Below are positions 18,662 through 24,964 of a DNA stretch of 32,000 nt, in pieces. Position numbers and translations under genes: made by a program. This DNA comes from Planctomycetales bacterium. GTDB taxonomy: Bacteria; 4484-113; JAFGCY01. Every line of letters begins with the position of its first letter. Positions within the stretch are counted from its first letter, which is position 1. The notes below the pieces were generated by a model. It did no database searches and was not told where the DNA came from. It was given only the letters and a program-made list of their open reading frames with translations. The stretch lies in the NCBI GenBank assembly GCA_022646745.1, contig CP060262.1, positions 3,720,001-3,752,000 on the forward strand. Reading direction: 5' to 3'.

Positions 18662-20356
18662 ATGGCAGGATTGGACTATCACGATTCCAGCAGTGGTATC
18701 GACAGGCGACAGTGGATCAGCTTGGCGTTATTGCCGCTGCTTGCAATTGCACTGGTTTACCTGACCGGAGGCAGTCGCGTTCCGGCAGCTGCCATGTTGC
18801 AGGACAATCCGCCACCACCAGCAAACCGCTCCCCGGTTGCCAGGCTATCCGCTTCCGCTGCGTCAGGCTCCATACCACTTGAGGTCAGTTTTGACGGCTC
18901 CACCAGCGAGGACCCCGACGGTGGCGCACTCAGCTTTGATTGGGACCTCGATGGTGATGGTGTGTTTGAGGTCATTGGCGGAACTCCAGTTGTCACCCAC
19001 ACCTTCACTGAAGCCGGGATATTCACGGTCACCCTGCGGGTCACTGACAACATGCAATGGCAAGACATGGCATCAGTATCGGTCAAGGCCCTTGATGGCC
19101 AGACACCATCCTTCTTCAACCTGCTGGCACCAACACTGGCACCCGTGCAGATGCAGAAGCTGGATGCTCCAGTCGCGGAAATCGGCAGCTTCGAGGAACG
19201 TTACCCGATCTTCAGTGACAGCTGCGATGAGTATTCACTGGCCATCATCCAGAATCTGCCAACGATCTGCTTCTCCCGCAAGGAAGCAGATGGAACACAC
19301 AGCCTGTACTACATGGCGGCAAAGGACAGTCACGGCCTGTCCTGGAACTACCCCCACCAGATCTACAACGATGGATCAGGCAGTTCAGTGCTTCGCTTGC
19401 CCCGGCTGATTGAGGTTTCCGGCACAGCGGCAATCGCATTTCATGGCTACAACAAGTCCAGCGCATCCACCGGAATTGTCTATTTGAGATGCCTCGATCT
19501 GACCGGCAGCGCCTGGCTCTCCCCTGTCTCAGTAGCGGATTCCATTGTTGGGGTCAATTCATTGGAGTTCCTGATTGTGAACGGTAAACCAGCGCTTGCA
19601 TACATTGAAGCACCACATACAGCAAAGGCTGACGGCAAGCTGTATTACGAGCAGGCAGTGGATAAACTTGGCAAGGACTGGTCCCGTGATTCGCAGAAAC
19701 TGGATCAGTGGGCAAACGTCATTTCGTTATCTGTCGTGGGAGGAAAACCGGCAATAGCATTTGTCGGAAAGCGGCTGATAAAGCCCGAAACGACATGGAC
19801 TGCCGCCGAGTTCAGTCCTCCGGAAACTTTCTACATGACTGCAAACGACCCAGACGGGCTGCTCAACTGGAACCTGCCCATCACCGTCAGCAAGGATGTT
19901 TCCTATCCGGACAATGTGGAAAATGACATCGAACTGATGGAGATCGATGGCATGCCCGCCATCTCGTGGTTTGGAGGAGTTGACCCATCGACCTCCAACG
20001 GCAGGGTCGGAGCGGCATTCTACGTATTTTCCGGATGGCAATGGGTCGGTACAGGGTCGACTCCATCTGACAACGGTTTGTCGATAATGGGAATTGACCT
20101 GGCCATGGTTGGGGACACTCCATGCCTGTCCATCCTGCGCACCCACGGGCTGTCCTTGCAGTCTTCCAGCGATCACAGCGGAACTTTCTGGCAAGCAGCC
20201 CGGCAGGTTAGTCCAGATCCTCGTGCGAAATTCTTGGGGAATACAGTTTATTGGAAAAAGGACAATATCCAGTTGATTGAAGTTGATGGCAGGCCGGCCA
20301 TGCTGACGAGGCACGGCAACGGTGCCCTGATGTACATCGTCCAGATGAAGCCCTAG
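18662..20356 (+). CDS. Membrane-anchored or secreted protein with a PKD domain and beta-propeller-like repeats; paralog of the left-edge gene
   Basis: The track start 18482 lies inside porB. ATG 18662 has GGGAG 6 nt upstream. A hydrophobic anchor reads WISLALLPLLAIALVYL. The PKD domain includes EVSFDGSTSEDPDGGALSFDWDLDGDGVFE...FTVTLRVTDN. It is followed by repeats SGTAAIAFHG, NGKPALAYIE, GGKPAIAFVG, DGMPAISWFG and DGRPAMLTRHG, interleaved with D..G..W motifs that resemble Asp boxes. Confidence 0.75.
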   Translation: MAGLDYHDSSSGIDRRQWISLALLPLLAIALVYLTGGSRVPAAAMLQDNPPPPANRSPVARLSASAASGSIPLEVSFDGSTSEDPDGGALSFDWDLDGDGVFEVIGGTPVVTHTFTEAGIFTVTLRVTDNMQWQDMASVSVKALDGQTPSFFNLLAPTLAPVQMQKLDAPVAEIGSFEERYPIFSDSCDEYSLAIIQNLPTICFSRKEADGTHSLYYMAAKDSHGLSWNYPHQIYNDGSGSSVLRLPRLIEVSGTAAIAFHGYNKSSASTGIVYLRCLDLTGSAWLSPVSVADSIVGVNSLEFLIVNGKPALAYIEAPHTAKADGKLYYEQAVDKLGKDWSRDSQKLDQWANVISLSVVGGKPAIAFVGKRLIKPETTWTAAEFSPPETFYMTANDPDGLLNWNLPITVSKDVSYPDNVENDIELMEIDGMPAISWFGGVDPSTSNGRVGAAFYVFSGWQWVGTGSTPSDNGLSIMGIDLAMVGDTPCLSILRTHGLSLQSSSDHSGTFWQAARQVSPDPRAKFLGNTVYWKKDNIQLIEVDGRPAMLTRHGNGALMYIVQMKP

Positions 20357-20449
20357 GAATGGGAGCTCAGGCAATTTGGCGGTGCTAGCCGCTGCAAATG
20401 CCAGCCGGTTAAGTCCGCATAATGAGATGAAAATCGCTGGATTTGCAGT

Positions 20450-20477
20450 TTGATCTATAGTGATTCGACTGTAAAAT
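20450..20477 (+). promoter_or_regulatory. Sigma70-like promoter candidate for the Cys-rich protein gene
   Basis: TTGATC (20450-20455), a 16-nt spacer, then TAAAAT (20472-20477). The predicted transcription start falls inside the palindrome at 20482-20497. Confidence 0.4.
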
Positions 20478-20481
20478 TACC

Positions 20482-20497
20482 GTGGATAACTATCCAC
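20482..20497. promoter_or_regulatory. Perfect 7-2-7 palindrome, operator candidate; each half resembles a DnaA box
   Basis: The sequence is gtggata-ac-tatccac. In context, cGTGGATAA and cTATCCACA each match the DnaA-box consensus TGTGGATAA/TTATCCACA at 8 of 9 positions. It lies immediately downstream of the -10 candidate. Confidence 0.4.
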
Positions 20498-20530
20498 AGA
20501 TCCAGAACCAAGTTTGTTGTGAGGGATATC

Positions 20531-21136
20531 GTGAGGAAAACACTTTCAATTTGGGTGCTGCTGTGCCTGTTGGCCCTCGGGTCGGCGGCCAGCGCAGCGG
20601 AGCAGATTGACCTGAACTGCGTCAAGATGCCGCGCTGCTGCACCATCTCCTGCGTCAAGATCGACCTCGAGTGCTGTGGCTGCTACGGCGCCAGCGGCGC
20701 CCTGTGGGCCGAATTCCTCGACCGCAGCGGCAACGTGCTCGGCACGGCCACCTTCAACGGCAACTGGTGCCGTTGCGAGACCACTGCCACACTCGACAAC
20801 CCGGTCAACTCCAGCGAGGTCTGCAGCGTGCGCCTCGTCAAGGAGGATGACAGCGTCATCGTGACCTGGGGTTCCCTGCGCGTGTTCTGCGAGGGCAATT
20901 GCGACTGCGGCAAGTGGAAGATGGCCTGGAAGGGCGACCTGTGGTGCTGGGAGCCCGTGCCCGAGCCGGTGATGGATGAGCCCGTCGCCGTCGTGCCGCC
21001 GGCCCCGGTGAAGAAGCCTGCCCCGCCGGTCGTGGCGAAGAAGCCCGAGCCGAAGCATGACTTCTCCTACTTCCCGCCGCAGAAGGAAGAGGAGCCCCAG
21101 GACGAGGAAGTGATCGTCGTCATCGGTAACGGCTAA
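20531..21136 (+). CDS. Small secreted cysteine-rich protein with a Pro/Lys-rich acidic tail (unknown function)
   Basis: GTG 20531 is preceded by GAGGGA, and the product begins VRKTLSIWVLLCLLALGSAASAAE, a signal peptide. The mature region has 14 Cys in CC, CxC and CxxC patterns (RCCTISC, ECCGCYG, WCRC, CEGNCDCGKW, WCW). The tail reads PEPVMDEPVAVVPPAPVKKPAPPVVAKKPEPK. The track TTG start at 20450 coincides with the promoter candidate. Confidence 0.65.
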   Translation: MRKTLSIWVLLCLLALGSAASAAEQIDLNCVKMPRCCTISCVKIDLECCGCYGASGALWAEFLDRSGNVLGTATFNGNWCRCETTATLDNPVNSSEVCSVRLVKEDDSVIVTWGSLRVFCEGNCDCGKWKMAWKGDLWCWEPVPEPVMDEPVAVVPPAPVKKPAPPVVAKKPEPKHDFSYFPPQKEEEPQDEEVIVVIGNG

Positions 21137-21164
21137 GCCTTACCAAGCTCAACCAGAAACAAGG

Positions 21165-21201
21165 AGGCCTGCCCTGGAAGTCCAGTGGCAGGCCTTTTTT
21201 T
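21165..21201 (+). terminator. Strong rho-independent terminator between convergent genes; marks the compositional boundary
   Basis: The stem aggcctgccctgg / ccag-t-ggcaggcct has 13 bp with one bulge and an aagt loop. It is followed by a run of 7 T. Confidence 0.85.
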
Positions 21202-21243
21202 GTACGTGGTTGTCTGGAAGATGTGATTGCTACATGCGGACAA

Positions 21244-21990
21244 TCAACCGGCAATGGTCAATAAGTGCGTGATTCTCTTCGTTCTGTACTTCATTAGTCG
21301 AGATAAATTGTCCTTCCAGTTGTCAACCAGAACTGGTTCATTCCAATTCAGTTCAGAGTACCAACTTGGAACCAGATCACTGCGGAATCCTGATCTGCCG
21401 TTTAATGATTCTTCGCCATATAGATCAATGTATCGCTGGAAAAATGCGGCTTTTATATTGTCCGAGTTATCAGTAGGCCTGACGGTTCCTTTAGGCAATA
21501 AAACCACATTGCACGCACATGTAAAGTCTCCATTGGGAACAAGGTCCACGTTAATACTGGAGAAATATCTTTGCTCAAGTACAAGCTCACTTTGCTTATG
21601 TGAGAAAACGTGAGCTAACTCAAACTCACATAATCCAGTTGACTTCCATTTTGGTCCACTGTAAGCGCTTCCATATTCCAGGTAGCACCAGATATGCCTT
21701 GGAAATGTGTTGTCGTCAATGATCGCTCTAAATTGTGGATTGTATGATTTTCGTTTTCCCTGGCCACTGACGTATCTTTTTACTCCCGGGAACACACATG
21801 TTGACCCTTGAAACAGATAGCTATCCAAATCAATCTTATCTTTGAACAACTCAGCGAAATATTCCCGCTCAGCCGCATTCTGATCTGCTATTCTTTGGGC
21901 AATCTTCGGGTGGATATGATATGCGAGTGATGCAAGGATTTTACATATTCCAAGCTCATGCTCAAATATTTTATTATGTGCAATTTGCAT
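21244..21990 (-). CDS. Hypothetical protein (248 aa) with a weak HNH_2/His-Me-finger-like motif
   Basis: This is a long ORF in very AT-rich DNA. The segment CEFELAHVFSHK...NVVLLPKGTVRPTD loosely resembles the 'C..leaAHI.p ... NgllL...H..FD' pattern of HNH_2 nucleases, but the second His is absent. No signal peptide is present. Confidence 0.55.
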   Translation of the reverse strand: MQIAHNKIFEHELGICKILASLAYHIHPKIAQRIADQNAAEREYFAELFKDKIDLDSYLFQGSTCVFPGVKRYVSGQGKRKSYNPQFRAIIDDNTFPRHIWCYLEYGSAYSGPKWKSTGLCEFELAHVFSHKQSELVLEQRYFSSINVDLVPNGDFTCACNVVLLPKGTVRPTDNSDNIKAAFFQRYIDLYGEESLNGRSGFRSDLVPSWYSELNWNEPVLVDNWKDNLSRLMKYRTKRITHLLTIAG

Positions 21991-22144
21991 TATTAACTGT
22001 AACTATCAGTAACATCCTGCACATACATTGGTGGAGGGAACGTGGGCTATGGGTAGAGCATGCGCAGCGCTCCCGAGATCCAGCCGTGATACCCTGAAAG
22101 CCGTAGTCAACATTCCAACAGAAACTTCAAGGTGGTGAACAAAG

Positions 22145-22303
22145 ATGGCAAGAGGAAAGAAGTTTGATCTGAGCGCTCTTCCGATCAGGGTCGTCTACTC
22201 GGATGAACCCATGCGGGAAGAAGCCCTGCGTGATGCAATGCTTGCCTTGATGACGAGCTGGGACAACTGCAAGTCTGACATGCGAATTGATGATGATAAC
22301 TAA
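22145..22303 (+). CDS. Possible small ORF (52 aa), unknown function
   Basis: Translation is MARGKKFDLSALPIRVVYSDEPMREEALRDAMLALMTSWDNCKSDMRIDDDN. AAGGTGGTGA lies ~8 nt upstream, and an in-frame TGA sits just upstream of the ATG. The ORF is below the track's length cut-off and I recognise no homology. Confidence 0.2.
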   Translation: MARGKKFDLSALPIRVVYSDEPMREEALRDAMLALMTSWDNCKSDMRIDDDN

Positions 22304-22465
22304 TTTTGGATTCGTTCAAGACATTACTGAAAATGGATTCTGACTGTGCATGTACTTGACCTGCTCGATCAAACGGGTACGAATATATTTTCGCGATGGG
22401 CATACATCAGAATGCCGTATGAAAATTCGGCTGTAACTTCCAGTATTTGCCTTTTTGCTTGGTAA

Positions 22466-24964
22466 CTACAGAACATTCACCTTAAATTCGTGCGCTGCGA
22501 ATTCCTCATAGGGATTGTCCAAGTACAGTGTGATCGTCACATTCGATCCAGAAGGAGCAGTGATATCTACAGTTGGAGACTGCAATGATGAGTCACTCGT
22601 CGTTCCGAGCGTGCCAAAGTCCCATAACCACGTGGTAGGAATGCCATGTTTCATGGCAAATGAGAACTTCACACCTACAGCGTCAGGTGCAACGAGCGTT
22701 GGACTGACGGCTAGTACTTCCATAGACATTACGTCAATGCTGTATTCCGCTGTATCTGTATTCGCAGGATTACTGGCCTGATAGGCTGTCACGCTCAGAT
22801 CAGACCATCTACCCACTTGAGTGGCTGTGGCAGTCCGCGATCCGCCGTTTTCCGAACCCGGAAAGAATGCTTCGGGAATGTTCCATTCGTAAATGACATC
22901 AGGCGGAGGACTGCCGATTAGCACTGCCTTTATTTCAAATTGCTCGTTCGTGCCGATTTCGATTCCCGCAATCGGAGCCAGCTGGATTAGATTCTCCGCC
23001 GGGTCAATCTGCAAGGAGAAATAGAGGATAGATTCAGAATCTTCGATCAGTGGATCGCTGACAGTTACGGAGCAGGTATAGGGAACCGCCCTGGACTTTC
23101 CAAGGACAATAGTAGGAACCCGCAAGGCGCTTGTAGTCGGCGTGGCCGCTGCAGTTTCTCCATCCTGGAAGTTCCAGAGGTAGCTAAGTCGAGCCGGATC
23201 TGCATACGGACCAGCTCCATCCAAAGTCAGCACTGACACTCCAAGTGTAGCTTCGCTTCCTTCAGTTCCCAAAGCTCCTGTTACTGCGCCAAGACTGAAG
23301 TCAGGTTCATCTGAAGGCTCTGCAGTGATTGTCAATGCGAACACCTTACTCTGCTTCAGACCGGACTGCAGCGGATCGGACACCTCCACGCTGCAGATGT
23401 AGGGCGATTGTGAAGCTGAACCAAGAATTACCGTCGGACCTGCTGCTGAACTCGTTGCCGGAGTTGCCGCTGATGGCCCTTCGCCGGTCTTGAAATTCCA
23501 GCTGTATGTCAGATTCTGCAGATCTGGATAAGACAAACCGGTTTCGGAGTCCAGTATCTCAATAGTCAGTGTGGAAGCGTTGTTCTCGAGACCGGAAGTA
23601 CCCAGAACCTCGCCTAGTTTGAATTCCGATTGGCCAGGCAGAATATCAACAAAAAATTCATAGGAGGCCGGATCAGCACCCTGCTCTCCCGCAAACGAAA
23701 CGCCCAAGCTGACCGGAAACTTACCCGGCTTCACGAGGGATACGAGCGGTTCGGAAGCCTGGCTGCTTTCTGGGGAGACGCCATTCCCGAGAGTCCAGCT
23801 GAACTCCAGCTGCTCCAGAGGAATTGGTATTCCGGCACCGTCACTCACCATAGGCACCAGGCGGAGTATTTGACCAACCCGGCCTTGCAGTTCAAAATCC
23901 TGCAAGGGCTGCAAATTTGATCCGTCAAGTCCGTATTCCAACCCATCTATCTGCAGATCAGGATTGACGCGGAAAGTGAAATCATGACGGACAGCGGTCT
24001 CTTCCGCATGATTCAAAGTGAACACCCGCACGCTTCCCGGAAGCAGTAGATCCGATGCTCCCCCCAGCTGAACCAGGGGCTTTGCAGCGCCGGGTTCATC
24101 AGACGTTCCAATATTGCCAAAATCCCATTCATATCCATAGATAGATGGGTCCGCCGTATCCTGAAGCTCTAGTGAAAACTGAACCTCGCTTCCGGCTTTA
24201 CCCGCTTGCGGAGAAACCGATAGCGGGACAGGAGATTCCGGAATGAGCTGCAAAAAATTGCTCTGGTAATTGGTGTTATCAGGAAGTGCGATAGGAGTGA
24301 CACTAACATTCACCATGTAGGACTGCTTTGAAGTATCCAGGAATGTAACTACAGGATTGGCAAGTTTACTCGTACGAAAAATTGGACCTTCAGGGCTCTC
24401 GCCTTCCCTAATAGTCCATTCGAACTTGTAATCTTTCTCTGAATGTCCCGATGGTTCCAGTTCCACGGAAAAAGCAACCGGTCTTCCATATGAATCGGAA
24501 TCCCAGCTAATCTCTCCGAGACTGAAACTAAAGGGCAAGACTTCATACGTGAATTCGTACGTCTGTTCGGGCGGACTATCCCCGCTGCCCTGACGGATCC
24601 GCAGAGTCCCACTGAATTCCTCCTTGGAGTCAACATGGGCAAGCACCATCTCCGGTTCCTTTGCCGTACTGTACCTTTCCAAAGTACCGCCCTTGTCGTC
24701 TTTGGCCCAAAAGTCCCACAGGAACTCGGCAGGTGTTTTTTCGTCGCGGAACACAGCCTGGTATCTGAAGCTGGCTGTCTCTCCCGAAAACGAGCTGGCC
24801 TCGTTGACAACAGCGAGCGTATCCGGCAGATGCTGCCTGTCATTCTGCAGGTCGCGCACTGACCCACAGGACGAAGCAGTCGCGGCTATAACGCTGCACA
24901 GTAGGATTCCGCAGAAACGTTGGATGTTCCTGCAATCAGTCAGGAAAATTGCGGCGCTATTCAT
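22466..24964 (-). CDS. Predicted lipoprotein (832 aa) built from ~8 tandem PKD/Ig-like modules
   Basis: The track start 25084 lies inside the secretin gene. ATG 24964 overlaps the secretin stop by 8 nt (ATGAATAG). The N-terminus MNSAAIFLTDCRNIQRFCGILLCSVIAATASSCGS is a signal peptide with a lipobox-like Cys. Eight aromatic-x-W-[DNT]-[FIL] motifs occur (FLWDF, FEWTI, YEWDF, FSWTL, YSWNF, YLWNF, YEWNI, WLWDF), roughly one per 90-110 aa. Confidence 0.8.
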   Translation of the reverse strand: MNSAAIFLTDCRNIQRFCGILLCSVIAATASSCGSVRDLQNDRQHLPDTLAVVNEASSFSGETASFRYQAVFRDEKTPAEFLWDFWAKDDKGGTLERYSTAKEPEMVLAHVDSKEEFSGTLRIRQGSGDSPPEQTYEFTYEVLPFSFSLGEISWDSDSYGRPVAFSVELEPSGHSEKDYKFEWTIREGESPEGPIFRTSKLANPVVTFLDTSKQSYMVNVSVTPIALPDNTNYQSNFLQLIPESPVPLSVSPQAGKAGSEVQFSLELQDTADPSIYGYEWDFGNIGTSDEPGAAKPLVQLGGASDLLLPGSVRVFTLNHAEETAVRHDFTFRVNPDLQIDGLEYGLDGSNLQPLQDFELQGRVGQILRLVPMVSDGAGIPIPLEQLEFSWTLGNGVSPESSQASEPLVSLVKPGKFPVSLGVSFAGEQGADPASYEFFVDILPGQSEFKLGEVLGTSGLENNASTLTIEILDSETGLSYPDLQNLTYSWNFKTGEGPSAATPATSSAAGPTVILGSASQSPYICSVEVSDPLQSGLKQSKVFALTITAEPSDEPDFSLGAVTGALGTEGSEATLGVSVLTLDGAGPYADPARLSYLWNFQDGETAAATPTTSALRVPTIVLGKSRAVPYTCSVTVSDPLIEDSESILYFSLQIDPAENLIQLAPIAGIEIGTNEQFEIKAVLIGSPPPDVIYEWNIPEAFFPGSENGGSRTATATQVGRWSDLSVTAYQASNPANTDTAEYSIDVMSMEVLAVSPTLVAPDAVGVKFSFAMKHGIPTTWLWDFGTLGTTSDSSLQSPTVDITAPSGSNVTITLYLDNPYEEFAAHEFKVNVL

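Noticed and set aside
20482-20497. DnaA-box-like palindrome as a replication origin
   Set aside because: Only two overlapping boxes are present. There is no box cluster, no AT-rich unwinding element and no dnaA, dnaN or gidA neighbourhood. An operator role is more parsimonious.
22040-22075. The segment gggctatgggtagagcatgcgcagcgctcccgag looked like a tRNA 5' half with a D-arm-like GGTAGAGC, which could have been an island attachment remnant
   Set aside because: The D-stem cannot pair (GGCT/GCTA versus GAGC). There is no anticodon stem-loop of correct geometry, no T-loop (GTTCGAATC-like) and no acceptor complement.
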